This document shows, one piece after another, positions 50,001 through 62,651 of a stretch of DNA of 64,000 bases. The notes beneath the pieces are model-generated. The model searched no databases, was not told the origin of the DNA, and saw only the letters and a list, made by a program, of their open reading frames with translations. The stretch covers positions 1,389,696-1,453,695 of the forward strand of contig MU058540.1 of the NCBI GenBank assembly GCA_013265495.1. The letters run 5' to 3'. This DNA comes from Vicugna vicugna (lineage: Eukaryota). The translations under genes and the position numbers were made by a program. Position 1 is the stretch's first letter. The number at the start of each line of letters is the position of its first letter.

Positions 50001-53000
50001 ATCAAGGTCACATATTGTATTCCTAGAGCGATTGCACATACACACACACACGCGTGCACAGGCAAAAAGGTATAGCTAAATAGCCCATAAGATCATTACA
50101 ATGAAATCTAAAAGTATTAGTTTAACCTAAAAAGAAGGTGGGAAGGGACAAACAGAGGGACAAGAAAACCAGATAAAACAAGTAGTAGAATGGCAAACCA
50201 AAACCCAACCAGTATCAATAATTATATTAAATATAAATGGATTAAATACTCCAATTTAAAGACTGAGGTGGTCAGACTGGATACAAAAGGGATAAACACA
50301 AATGGATTGAAAGGGAGTGAATGAAGAAAGGTACACCATGTGGACAGTAAGCACAGGAAAGGTGGAATGGCTGTATTATCATCAAACAAATTAGACTTCA
50401 AGACAAAGATTACTACTAGAGATAAGAAACATTTCATAGTAAAAGTAAATTCACCAGAAAGACTTAATAATGATAAATATGTATAAACCTAATGAAAGAG
50501 CTATATACATGAATCAAAAACAGAACTAAAATGAGAAAGGAGCAAATCCAAAATCATAGTTGGACATTTTTAATACTTTTCTCTCAGTAGTTGATAGAGC
50601 AACCTGAAAAAAAATCAATATATAGAAGATCTGAATAACATTATGCATCACCTTGTCTAACTGATGTTTGTAGAATACTACACATGACAACTGCAGAATA
50701 CACATTCAAGTACATGAATGTTCACCAAGATAGACCAGATATTAAAGTATAAAATATGTCTCGGAATGTTGAAATATTTCAGAATGTTGAAATCTTACAC
50801 AGTATATTCCCTGACCACAGTGGAATTAAATTAGAAACCAGTAACAATAACTAGAAAAACTCCCTCAATTTGGAATAGTTTAAATATATTTTAAAATAAC
50901 TCATAGTCAAAGAAGATGCCATAAAAGAAATTAGAAAGTATTTCTAGCTAGTTGACAATGAAAATTCAACATATCAAAACTTGTGGGATGCAGCAAATAA
51001 CATGAGTATTGGGAAATGTGTAGCTTTAAGTTCTTAGACTAGAAACAACTTTTAAATCAATGATTGAAGTTTCCAATTTAAGAAAGTAGAAAATGATGAG
51101 GAAATAAACCCAAGTAAGTAGAAGAAAGGAAGAATGAAGAGTAGAAATCAGTGAAATTTAAAACAGGACAAACAGTAGAGAAAATTAATGATTTTTTTGT
51201 TTTAAAGATCAATAAAATTAATTAATTTTAGCAAGATTGATCTAGAAAAAAGAGAAAACATAAATACTATCAGAGATATAGCTATATCTTACAGATATGG
51301 AACAGATATTAAAGGACATTATGAATGTCTTTTGTCAATAAATCCAACAACTTAGATGAAATGCACAAAATTACTTGAAAAACATTACTTAGCAGAAGTG
51401 ACAAAATGAAATAGAATATTTGAGTAACCCTAATCTATAAAAGAAATTGCATTTGTTATCAAAACTTTTTTCACAAAACTCTAGGCCCAGATAGTTTTTT
51501 TTTGGTGGGGGAGGAATCCTCAGTCAGAAGAACTTGGGCCCCCATAGGCCCAGATAGTTCTATCAGTGATTTTCATTGAACATTTAAGGAAAAAATACTA
51601 CCCATTTAATATAAATTATTTTAGGAAATAGAGAAGATAAACATTTCCCAACTTGTTTAATATTTGCCTCAAAACCCAGGTAACAAAAAATCTGACAAAG
51701 ATGTTGTAGATAATGTCTATGTAGAAAATCTTATGATTTCTGTAAGAAAATTTATTAAAACTAATGAGTGTGTTTAACAAAGTTGCAGGATACAAGAACA
51801 GTATATAAATATCAATTGTGGCAAATAATGGAGATGAAGAAGTAAGACTATCTCTATTCACAGATGATATAGTTGTTTGCATAGAAAATCCTAAGGAATC
51901 TACAAAACCACCACTAGGGCTAGTAACTGAATTTAGTAAGATTGCAGGATATGAAGTCAGTATAAAAATACCACTTTTATTTTTATCTTCTAGCAGCAAA
52001 CAACTAGAAAAATTTTTGAAAGTTTCCTTTACAATAGAATCAAAAACATTAAATATGTGGAAATAAATTGAAGAAAAGAAGTATACTAAAGAAAAAAAAA
52101 AGAACTATACTGAAAACTATAAAACATAGCTGGGAGAAATTAAAGAAGACCTAAATAAATATGCCATACCTTGAATGTATACCGTGTTCAAGGATAAGCT
52201 GACTCATTTTTATTATGTCAGATTTCCCCAAATTGAGCTATAGAGTCAATGCAATCCCAATCAGAATTTCAGAATTTATAGCTGTATTGTTTTTTCCCAA
52301 CAGAAATTGGTAGGCTGAGTAAAAAATTTATATGGAAATCAAAAGGACCTAGAATGGTCAGAATAATCTTGAAAAAAAAATGAGACTTACACTACCTACT
52401 TTCAAGATTTAAAATGAAGCTACAGTAATAAAGATAGTATGATATTGGCATATGGGTACATGGATCAGTGGAACAAAATAGAAACTTCAGAAGTAAGTCA
52501 CTGTGTATACATTACACTTAAAATAACAAAAACAATTAAACCCAATATTGTAAACAACAAAAATCTAGAAGGAAAGCATTGTCTCCTAAGAAAGGCATGT
52601 ATCTATTCATGCAGAAGTTTTTTTGACAAGTTTTTAGGGCAAACCTCTACAATATAATGGCATACACCAGAAGATTATCAGGATGGAATAATGTTAGCTA
52701 CTTCAGCAATTGAGATGTTCTGTTTAGATAACTTTGAGGTCCTGCATCTAAATCAGTTGCTTCAGCGTTGTGTTACATTTTTGCTTAAAGGCTTTGCAAA
52801 AAGCTTTTGGTATGGCTGAGCAGTGACTCTTGGGCAAGTCATTTAACTTTCTGGCCATTTGCAAATGATAGATTTGGTCTAGGTGATTATTTAAGATCCC
52901 TTCTAACTCTGAAATTCTGTGAATCTGCAAATCTGGAATTCTTACTTCCCAACTTTGTGGTACATTTTCACAAAGATATCTGAGAGCCTTTCTCCGTTGT

Positions 53001-56000
53001 TTCTTTGGCAGATTGCAGTCCTCTGGCAGAAATGAAACCTGATCAAAATGTGTTTTTCCAGCTTGATTTCATCTTAGCCTCTATGCTCTGTTAACAGTAA
53101 CAGATGGCCAGAAAATGTTTTCCCACATACTTGAAGTGGAATAAATAGCAGGCTTCTATTAGTCTTTTCAGCCACCCTTGGACTCAGTGATGTCATCCTC
53201 TATTAGGACCACAAATGCTGAATGAAATTTGTGCCAGGGATTATTGGCTAATTTCAGATTAGATTTCAGATCAGTGATTTCCTTGGTTGAGCAAACCTCT
53301 ACAAACCTCTCCTGTAACAACTGGCTTCATGGATCACCTTTTTACCTATTCTTTGTTATTATGATAAAATGGAGACAAAACCAGTTGAGGAATTCTTATG
53401 CATTTTTTAGAAGCTAATTAGGTAATTTTGTTGACTCCTAAAAGTAAATTGATAAATGAAAAAGCAAATCTATATCATTATTACTGTTATGGGAGAACAG
53501 TCCATAGTGTACCCGCAGACCTGCCTGTACCATAAGCAGTCCTTAGAGCATAACTAAAGAACCCTTAGTCATTTAGTGCTGTTCAGTTTTTGATGATTAC
53601 CTATTTACTTGCATATTTGATTGCAGAGCTGATGGCACAGTAACCTCTGTGGTCTCTTGTCAGTGTCTTGGTAGAGATTGGACATTACTGCTACAGTGAT
53701 GGTGAATTAGCCCTGGGCATACTTAAGAAAGACTTTATTAATTTAATTGGGTTTGTGAAGTACAGAAAAGTATTTGATGGAGTTACACTGTAACTTTACC
53801 CCCAAAACTTAGATTTATTCTTCTTACACAGGTTAAGCAGTCCATGGTAGGTTGTAAAAAGGGAAAAGATGTCCTCCAACCATTTCTGAGATACCTTATA
53901 AATTCATTCTGTGCCAGGTGTGTTCTGGAGGAACACGATAGTAAGCGAAGACGTTAGTAGAAGTAAAACAGTCCAGTGAGCAGAGCTGGGATCATGCTCT
54001 ACCTTTGCCTCTTCCTGCCTTGTCACCTTGTGCAAATTACTTCACATTTCAACCTCATGATCTTCCTCTTTAAAATGAGGATAATGATGCATACCTTATA
54101 TGGGGTATTGTGAAGACTAATTGAGATAAGATGTTAAAATTCCTTAGTTCAGTGTCTGGTACAAAGTAAAATGTTGTCATTATCATTAGTAGTTTGGCTT
54201 TGCTGGTCCAAGTCAGAGGATGAAGCTTTTCCCCATGTGTGTACAAAATAAATTATCTTTCTTAGTTGACCAAAGGACATTGATATGGCCTAACCTATAA
54301 AGTAAAAAGACAGACAATTATTTGAAGCTGTGTGTCCATCTCCCTACTCAGTGGTGGCCTAGAAGAAGATGTTAAATCATCATTCTTATATGTTCAGGCA
54401 GAGTAAAAACATCTGGGATAAAAGATAAGAGAGATTGTATGACTAGACAGAGATTGAAGAAGGTAGTCTCTGTAGAGAGATTCGCTACTCTTAGAAGTCA
54501 AAATTATATAGTGGAATGAAGTTTATCTTCTCATTTGCTTATTCTAATGTGTAATACCTGAAAATATCAATTCTTGTCTGGGAACTTACCCACTTTGGGG
54601 CGGGGTAGATGGATCCTTCTGGGTCTTGTGCTTTTCTGGTTGTTTCTCTGTGTTAGTGCTTTTGACAAGAGCATTATGCCAATAGGCTGGTGAGCAGTCC
54701 TCAGTGAGGTTAGTCCCAGTCCTGGCTGGCTGGTGCTCACACACTTGCAGTCATTTCCATGATAATCAGGAACATAAATCCACCTGGTTACTCTCAGGGT
54801 AAAGTGGGGCACAGAGTTCTCTCCTCCACACAACTGCCCTGAAGAAGTCAATGTTGTCATTTGCCAGATGACATGGCTACAAAGTCCATAGAATTCTGCT
54901 GGTTACTACCCGTAGGCCTGTTGTTTTCTACTGGTTGACCTTGCCTTTACAAACTGGATTTTGACAAGCTTCATTGATATTTTATTCCCTATCCGTGGTT
55001 GTTCTCTAGTGACCCCTTAGTACTAGAGCTACAAGGGATGAAAATCTCTTCCTGGAGCCAGAGTGGGATGTAGTAGGAAGGCTTTCTGGGGAATATTAAT
55101 TCAATTTTAACCTTGTTCAGTTTTCAGTTTTTAGATACACAAGTTGAAAGGATAGAAAAGGGCATACTGGGAATGAGGGATGATACATTGAGATAGAAAG
55201 GTAGATCTGAAGTCTCTTGAAGACAACCTGAGTCCTAGGATAATAATCTAAGCTTTCTAAACCTTTTTTTTTAAGATAATAATTTAAGCCTTTTCTAAAG
55301 GGAGAGAGCAATAGAATCCAGAAATAATAATGATTACTATTTACTTATTGAGCATTTAATAAATGCCAGGTATTTAATATATGTTAGTTAGCTCTTTTAA
55401 TCCCAAAGTTTCTGTGAGGTTGGTCAGTTTGTTCTGAAGTCATGGCATTAATAAGTTGGGGAGGGTATAGCTCAGTGGTAGAGCTCGTGCTTAGCACCCA
55501 CGAGGTCCTGGATTCAATCCCCAGTACCTCCATTAATATAATATAATATAATATAATATAATATAATATAATATAATATAATATAAATAAACCTAATTAC
55601 CTTCCCCCCAAAATAAACAAAAAACAAAAACAATGTCACAGCATTAGTAAGTAAGAGAAAGAGGTTTTGAGCCCATATATGACTCTGAAGCCTGTGCTCT
55701 TAACCACTAAGCTATATAAGAATAGAGGTTGAAACTTCGTTCTTGAGGAATGAATTTATGCATTTCTTTTCTATCTGCAGACTCTCATTTTCCATTCTTT
55801 GAGTCATCTTAAGTGGCTAACTGAAACCTGAAATTAAACCATTCTTTAGCATTAGAGAAAAGAAAAATCACCTGGAGCTTGTTAAAGTGCAGATTCCTTA
55901 ACCCCTTCCTCATTGTGATTCAGCGTATCTGGAGTATGGCCCAATAAGCTGCGTGTTAAAATAAACATACCAAAGTGATTCCACCCTCATGATTAGAGTT

Positions 56001-59000
56001 CCATAGTTTGAAACATATTGCCCTAAATACTGGCAAGGTTAGGATGAAATTTAACATACTCTCATACATTTTTACTTTGTCAAGGCTTGAAAAATGATAT
56101 ATATTTTATATGGAGCTGTAAATAGAGTTAGATTTTGCATAGAATACTATAGAAATTAGATGTATGGTAACTACTTGGTGTAATCAGAGAATGTTAGTGC
56201 TAATAAGCAGTGTAACTTACTCTTTTTTTTTTTTTTTAGGGGGGAGGTAATTAGGTTTACTTATTTTATTTTTAGAGGCGATACTGGGGCTTAAACCCAG
56301 GACCTTGTGTATGCTAAGCATGAGCTATACCTTTCCCCCCAGTGTAACTTACTCTTGACTGTGTTTGTTTCATTTTACTTGAAGTATGTTCCTCTTTCTT
56401 CAGAGTGAAACATACTTTAAAAAATCCCTATCACTTTCTTTTCTCCAAAATAGCTTTTTATCGTAAGGAAAAGTAGCTTATCTTAGTGATTCTCAACCTC
56501 TTGTCCCTGCTCCTGCATTTTAAAGGGATCCTTACTCCCATCTCTGACAATGTCTCCCTGCTACCATGATTCTCAGCTGAGGTGGGACGTGGAGTCTTTA
56601 TCAGAATCTGTGCAGAGGAGAGGAGACATACAGTCCTCAAAACTCATTTTATGTCTTCAGAAATTATTATCTTTAATACTTCTGAAACATATCCCACCCC
56701 AATTTCTGAGCTCATGTGGCTTCCCTGAATACTTAAAAGTAGAGAAAGGGTTGCTGGGAGGAAATAATTGTAATAGCTTATATAAATACATAAGGAGCTT
56801 GAAAAAGAAAGCCTGCCGATACCTAGTGTTAACTAATAACATTGAATTCTGTTTTCTTCTTTCCTTTCGTTCCTTCAGGGGTTTCCTGTAAGTTCCTCAG
56901 GAGTATGCACTGTATCTTCCTTTACTTTCAGTTATTGTTTTTGTTGTTTTTTGTAGTAGAAGTGTTTAAGGTGTTCTTTTTTTTTCTTTCATATCCAGTC
57001 CTGTTTCCTTGTAGGTGTCCATTCTTTGCAGGACAAGAGGATTTTTCTTTCCCTCTGTGGCAAGTTAGTTTTTAGAGAATAGGAGCCGTTATAGAAAACT
57101 TTTTTTTTCCAGAGAATAAAATTGGTTCGTACTAAGTAAATGCTGATTAAATTTTTTTTTATGAATTAAAATCAGTAAAAATATGAGTAAGGGTCTGGGA
57201 TTTTAGTTTACCCTATTTAGAAGCTAATAATTAGCCTGCTGCATTTCATGGATGCTGGCAGAAAACGAGACTCCTGGGTCAGACAAAGGATTTTGTTACT
57301 CATAGCCCAGCAAGAATCATAAACAGAGGTTTGCATTAGTTCCCTTTACCCCCACAAGTCCCATAGGAGTGATATGAATGGGCCCAGGTGAATGCCTGTC
57401 CATGTGTTAACCGGAGTGGAACATTGAGCTTGGGGAATCCATTGCTTTTATAGTAAGTTGTAAGCAAGCCTGCTCTTTGTCCTGGCGGGACATCCTTCAA
57501 AGGTCTTCATCCTTCAAAACTGCTGTAGGCAAACACAATCCTGAGAAGTGACCTGGGTAAGGAGTGGTCAGGGTCATGTGTTTTGTGTTTTTCTTACCTA
57601 CCTAGACATGTAGGAGTATAAGAGAGCCATGGAGGAGTAACTCTCCCAACAGTTAGTATATACAATAGATAATTGATAGAAATCTTAGATTTATTATGAA
57701 ATATTTGCCATCCAAAGAGGTATAGAGACTAATATAATGAACAGTTATATGGTCACCTCCCAACATAAGAAATAAGCATTGTTCATACAGGTGAAGCTTC
57801 TGTAGGCCCCTCCCGCAGTCCTACAGGTAAGCACTTCCTGAGTTTGTTGTTATCATGACAGTGCATTCCTATGTATCACTTAATATTATACAGTATTATT
57901 TTATATATTTATAAGCTTCTGAAATTTTTACTCTCATTTAAAAATTGTTACAGAGCCTTTTTACATAGTACGTGTTAGCTGCTGTAGAAAAAATTTGTAA
58001 GGTTAAAGCTCTTGCACACCATGATCTTATGGTCCAGTTAAAAACAACAACACTGAAAATGCTCAGTAAAAGGAAAGGATATGTGTGAAAAAATAAAAAT
58101 TGGTAAACAACATATAACTCTAAAGTCAGCTGTTAGCATCTAGTATGTATAAGAGCTAACTGTAGTTATGGATGGAAGGAGAAATATAATTCATTCTTGG
58201 GATAGAAAATAGTGACGGTTAGAGGCAACAGTGGGAAATTACAGGGATGAGATTCATCTAGACAATTTGTCATATAGGAGAGAGGGTAAGGCAATAAGGA
58301 ACTGGCCTTATTAAATTGATCCAGCCAGAAAGATGAGAGAAGGGGGCTGGCAGTAGTCAGTCAGTAGGGTAGGCAGCTAAGAGGTATGTAGGCCCAGCAT
58401 TCTGTCAGGTAACCGTTTTGATTAGGAAGGTTGGCTAAGACTAAGCCCTCACCTAAAGCTGGCTTAACATCTAATTGCATAGGGATGGTTACATATGTGA
58501 GAATTAAAGAACATCCTAAGGTCCTCTGTGATCATGACCTAAATGTGTGTTACAGATTCCAGGGATATAGAAGGAAAGAGTTTAATATGAGTTGCAGCAG
58601 CTGGGGAAAGAAAGCCTGGATAAGAAGTCATGAGCTGGGCCTTGAATGGCAACTCATGAAAGGGACGTTCTAGGGAAAGGAGTGGGTGACGAGAGCACAT
58701 GAGCAGAGACTGGGGACAGTGCATGTGGAATAGTGAGAAGACTGCCTGTGTGAATTGTTTTTGTCCAAGCCACTTGATCTGTAGTTTCCTGTGGTCTGGA
58801 TTTTGCTGATTGCTTACTTATGGTGCAATTCAGCAGTTTTCTTCAGTCTTCTGTGTTTCCTGCAGGTTAGCAGCTAGACTCAGTAGCATGATGAGATTCA
58901 GGTTCAGTCCCTTTGGCAAGGCTATGGGTGGTTGTATGTTCTTTTATCACATCAGTAAAGGTATGTGTAAGGGTCTGGAGTTTCACTTTATCCTACTTAA

Positions 59001-60939
59001 CAAGCTGATAATTAGCCTGTTACTGTTTTATGTTCTAACTTCATAGAGCTTCCTCTTCTGTTTCAAGTAGTGTTAAAAAAAATATAACAACTTGCTTTGT
59101 GAGGTGTCCTGGTCTGTTGCCCTCTCCACCCTGTCTCACTTTTATTTGGACCATATCTTTTCTTCATTTCTGTCTTACTCAGTTTGGATTCCTCGCCTAG
59201 CAGTTTCTTCTCGATGTGGGGACCCTGTCCTAGGAAGGAGCCTTGGTTAGTTTCATGAGTTTATAGGGTTAGACTGCTTCAGCTCCTTTGGGACAAGGCC
59301 CCTTCAGTTTCAGTTGCTATTCTCAGATTGGCCCGCATCGCTTTTCATTTAGTACTTGGTTATCTTGGGGTTGTTCTGTTCTCTGGTCCGACAGATGCCC
59401 TATTGTTTTCCTCTCCTGATCTGCACAGCTGCTTGTCTTGTGGATGTTGATGCTTTTTCCTCTGCTGCTTGTATAAGGGGGTTTATGAGGGTGCTTTATC
59501 TTCTGGTTTTGTGTTAAATGTTATCCGTGAGTTTTTCAGTTGTTATCTAGTTGCTCTGTCTTTATGTGAGGATTCAGAAATACCAAAAGCTATGTTACCA
59601 CTGCTGTAGCCATTTCTCCAGAATCCCCTTCATAGGTTCTAGAGTAGAAAGGCGACACATTCATGACAATGATATGTTTCATCTAACATCTTACATGACA
59701 TAGAGATAGTGTGGTCATTAGTCAACATTTGTTCTTTAACTTGCTCTTTCTTCCAAATTGAGAAGTGTTATTGGCTGTAGTAACCATTTGCAGATTTCCA
59801 TGGATATAATAGCTTCTTATCACCACTCTTTTCAGGTTCACTAAGAATCTTTCACCGGACAAAATCAATTTGAGCACCCTGAAAGGGGAGGGTCAGCTGA
59901 CCAACCTGGAGCTAGATGAAGAGGTTCTACAGAATGTGCTGGAGCTTCCCACCTGGTTAGCCATCACTCGGGTCTACTGCAACAGGGCCTCCATCCGGGT
60001 GAGAATGGGGGTCAGGGTCTTGTTGCTCTCTTTGGCCAGCAGGCCTGCCTTTTTGTGGGGTGGCTCCCACAGCCCTGAGTCTTTGCTTTCCTATTTCAGA
60101 TCCAGTGGACAAAGCTGAAGACACATCCTATTTGCTTGGTAATGGCCTTTCTTGATTGCAAGTAATCAAATGGGGATGGAGGTGGGTACAGTTTTAAAAG
60201 ATCTGAGAGAAGGAGGGGAGGAGTCCTGATAGGCCATCCTTTTTGGGAGTGTGGGTACTTTTGTCTGACTTGTGAGTGTCTCTCTGAGACACAGTGAATA
60301 TTGTCTGAGCTTTTTCTGAAACTACTGTGCAGTAGAGCAATGAGCGCTGAGACACAGACCCAGGAATCCTGAGTTGGTTTTGTTTGTTTTGTTTTGTTTT
60401 TATAACAAGTTTTGCTGCCCAGGTTCTACCTTTATGTTTCCTCTGGATTCTTGACAGAGGGAAAATTAGAAGGTTAGTTCATGTTGGCTGTTGGGTGATT
60501 ATCAGCTGAAAGCCCCTTAGGAACTGATTGATACGTATCTTTATCTGAAACACTGGAATCCCCAGGAATAGTATTATCTCTGTAACTTGGATTTTTGTTT
60601 TCATTTTCTGATGTGAGCTAATCCCATGCTTGTCATGGAGTTCTGCTGTTGTTGGAAATAGAAGAGGGTAGACGAAGCCTCTCTTTGCATTTCAGTTTGT
60701 TAATTCATTCAGTCGACAAACGTTTATTGTCTGCCCACTGTGGGCACAGCACTCAACTAGGTATTGGACCCCAGAGATGAATATAACACAGACTGTGTTG
60801 TGTGGGTTTTTGTGCAGATGCTCAGCTCTCCATGGCTTTCATTTCAGTGTCTGGATAAGGTAGAGGTGGAGATGAAGACATGTGAGGAACCTCGGCCTCC
60901 CAATGGACAGTCTCCCATTGCCCTTGCTTCAGGACAGAG
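34977..60939 (+). CDS. BLTP3A: Bridge-like lipid transfer protein 3A (UHRF1BP1), 5' partial CDS, exons 1-4; continues beyond the window
   Basis: Spliced translation MAGLIKKQILKHLSRFTKNLSPDKINLSTLKGEGQLTNLELDEEVLQNVLELPTWLAITRVYCNRASIRIQWTKLKTHPICLCLDKVEVEMKTCEEPRPPNGQSPIALASGQ is a chorein_N/VPS13-like N-terminus. Residues fit BLTP3A rather than paralog BLTP3B, and SNRPC-BLTP3A adjacency is the known mammalian gene order. Confidence 0.96.
38785..39010 (-). mobile_element. MIR
   Basis: cccattttatagatggagaaatgaggcacagaaaggttaaataacttgccc. Confidence 0.75.
39030..39675 (-). mobile_element. Old L1M 3' fragment
   Basis: atggaatcatatagtatg...ttgccaaacagttttccaaagtggctgtaaccaattt...ttttagccattctgg. 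Confidence 0.75.
40590..40739 (-). mobile_element. vic-1-like SINE
   Basis: Perfect 19-bp flanking repeat ccaaatgtctaattcttta at 40571-40589 and 40740-40758. Confidence 0.92.
42894..42907 (-). promoter_or_regulatory. Candidate CTCF site
   Basis: Minus strand CCACCAGATGGCAG matches the CTCF core consensus CCASYAGRKGGCRS, in non-repeat intronic DNA. Confidence 0.55.
43380..43760 (-). mobile_element. L2 fragment
   Basis: atttgttcatt...ttattgaccatctgc...tgccaggcac...gatgaataagaca. Confidence 0.55.
43875..44115 (+). mobile_element. MIR
   Basis: accttgggcaagttatttaacc...gtttcctcatctataaattgg...gttagctatt. Confidence 0.75.
45374..45551 (-). mobile_element. vic-1-like SINE with duplicated head and (TTTG)n/(TTTA)n microsatellite
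   Basis: TSD cttagtctt at 45365-45373 and 45558-45566. Confidence 0.85.
45873..45969 (+). mobile_element. vic-1-like SINE, short form (tRNA head plus poly-A)
   Basis: TSD gagaattaaggaaaga at 45857-45872 and 45970-45985. Confidence 0.9.
48292..48450 (+). mobile_element. vic-1-like SINE inserted in an L1
   Basis: TSD aagaag(g/a)tatacaaatg at 48276-48292 and 48451-48467. Confidence 0.88.
49483..49566 (+). mobile_element. vic-1-like SINE, short form, inserted in an L1 ORF1 remnant
   Basis: Head lacks the anticodon segment. TSD taatggct. Confidence 0.8.
53985..54190 (+). mobile_element. MIR
   Basis: accttgtgcaaattacttc...cctctttaaaatgaggataatg. Confidence 0.6.
55457..55634 (+). mobile_element. 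vic-1-like SINE with internal (AATAT)n expansion
   Basis: About 10 AATAT units at 55535-55585. Degenerate 18-bp TSD. Confidence 0.88.
56225..56339 (-). mobile_element. vic-1-like SINE with A-box deletion
   Basis: Perfect TSD cagtgtaacttactctt at 56208-56224 and 56340-56356. Confidence 0.88.
57205..57651 (-). mobile_element. ERVL-type LTR remnant (MER74/MER54-like)
   Basis: gagactcctgggtcagacaaagga...ccatggag...ctcccaaca terminus. Confidence 0.5.
59836..59998 (+). CDS. BLTP3A: BLTP3A exon 2
   Basis: ttttcag|G TTC ACT AAG...ATC CGG|gtgaga, 163 nt. Confidence 0.97.
60100..60138 (+). CDS. BLTP3A: BLTP3A exon 3 (IQWTKLKTHPICL)
   Basis: atttcag|ATC...TTG|gtaatg, 39 nt, after a 101-nt intron. 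Confidence 0.96.
60848..60939 (+). CDS. BLTP3A: BLTP3A exon 4 (CLDKVEVEMKTCEEPRPPNGQSPIALASGQ)
   Basis: atttcag|TGT...CAG AG|gttagt, 92 nt. Confidence 0.96.
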
Positions 60940-62548
60940 GTTAGTTGCTTTGGATCCTGTTATTTCTAGCATATTAACTGGTCCAGATCACCTTTTGGTT
61001 AAAATATTAAAGCTTTTTATTATGGAAGCTTTAAACATACACCAAAGTAGAGAGAATAGTATAATAAACTCCCATGCACCCAAGATCTGACTTCTACATT
61101 TATCAACATTTAACCATTTTCTTTCTTCTGCCACTTTGTGTATGTGTATAGTACTTGAAAGCAAATCCCAGATACCATATGATTCCATCTGTAAATACTT
61201 CTGTTTATGTGTCTTTAATAGAGAAGGATTGAGAAGAAAGGAAAAAAGCCCCACAATACTATCATCACAATTAACAGAATTAGTAGGAATTCCTTAATAT
61301 CATCTAAATCTACTTTCTGTGTATTTTCTAATCATTCCATAGAAGTGGAATCATATGTTACGTGGTCTTTTCTGATTGGTGTCTTTCACTTAGCATGTTT
61401 TGCTATGTTATAGCACATATCAGTGCTCTATTCCTTTTATGGCTGAATAATATTCTGTTGTATGGGTATACCACATTTTATTTATCCATTCATCAGTTGA
61501 TGGACAGTTGATTTGTTTCCCCTTTTTTGCTAGCGTATTTTGGGATAGATTCCTGAAAGTGTGACTGCTGGGTCAAAGGGCAAATGCATGTGTAATTTTG
61601 ATAGACATTGCTAAATTCCTCTCCTTAAGGATTTTATGATTTTGTGCCTCTATCAGCAATGTTTTAAGAGTTCTTGTTTTCCCAGAGCCTTGCCAGTTGA
61701 GAATATTGTCAGACTTTAAGACTTTTGCCTAATCTAATAGATGCTGCATGGTATTTCAGTGTAGTTTTTTGGTAAGTTATATTGAAGTGTACAAACCATA
61801 AATGTATAGCTTAGTGATTCTTTACATTGTTAACACATCAAGACACAGACTACTTCCAGAATCCCATAAGCCTTTTGTGTTCTTCCTAGTCATACCTACC
61901 CTTAAGGATAATTTTTATCCTGATTTTTAACACCATACATTTGTTTTCCCTATTTTTAAAGTTATGTAAATGTAATCACATAGTATGTCATACTCTGTCT
62001 CTACCTATGTTAGCTCAATATGTTTGTAAAAGTCATCTGGATTGCTACATGTAGTTATAGTTTATTCATCCTCATAACTGTATATTATTCCATTATATGC
62101 CACAATTATCCATTCTGTTGTAGATGCCCATTTGGTTTGTTTCTAGTTTCTGGCTATTAAGTATACTGTTGTTATGTGGAGCTGTTCTCTAACATGACTG
62201 TGCTGACTCTATGCGTTTGTCAAAACCCTAGACATGTACGCCACAAAGAATGAACTTTTCTGTATGTAAATTAAAATATGTAAGAAAAAAGAACAGTGCT
62301 GCTATGAGCATTCTTGTACATAACTCTTGGTGAACATATGTACACATTTTTGTTTTATGTTTATCTAGCAGGGTCATAGGCTGTGCATATGTTCTACTTT
62401 AGGATATACTGCTAGACAGTTTTCCGGAGTGCTTGTACCACCTTCTCCACTAGCAGTGCATCAAAGTTCCTGTTGCTAGCATTTAGTATTGTCTCTTTTT
62501 TTACTCTAGCCACCCAGTAGGTGTATACTTGTCTCACATTATGATTTT

Positions 62549-62651
62549 TGTGTGTGTGGTAGGGAGGTAATTGGTGGAGGTACTGGAGATTGAACCCAGG
62601 ACCTTGTGCATGCTAGGCACACATTCTACCACTGAGCTATATCCTCCCCCA
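62549..62651 (-). mobile_element. vic-1-like SINE inside an L1
   Basis: TSD tcacattatgatttt at 62534-62548 and 62652-62666. Confidence 0.88.

Larger units (their letters stand above)
46690..52505 (+). mobile_element. Large degenerate L1M (5' UTR, ORF1, ORF2) with nested MLT1 LTR (~47735-48170), L1 3' end (~48210-49255) and SINEs
   Basis: ORF1 motifs (caagaagctcagtgaaccccaagcagg), ORF2 endonuclease start (ttaaatataaatggattaaat), RT-like LSLFTDDIVVCIENPKES at 51818-52066. Many stops and frameshifts. Confidence 0.85.

Noticed and set aside
55535..55585. Regular (AATAT)n array
   Set aside because: Simple microsatellite grown from the SINE linker. No spacers, not CRISPR-like.
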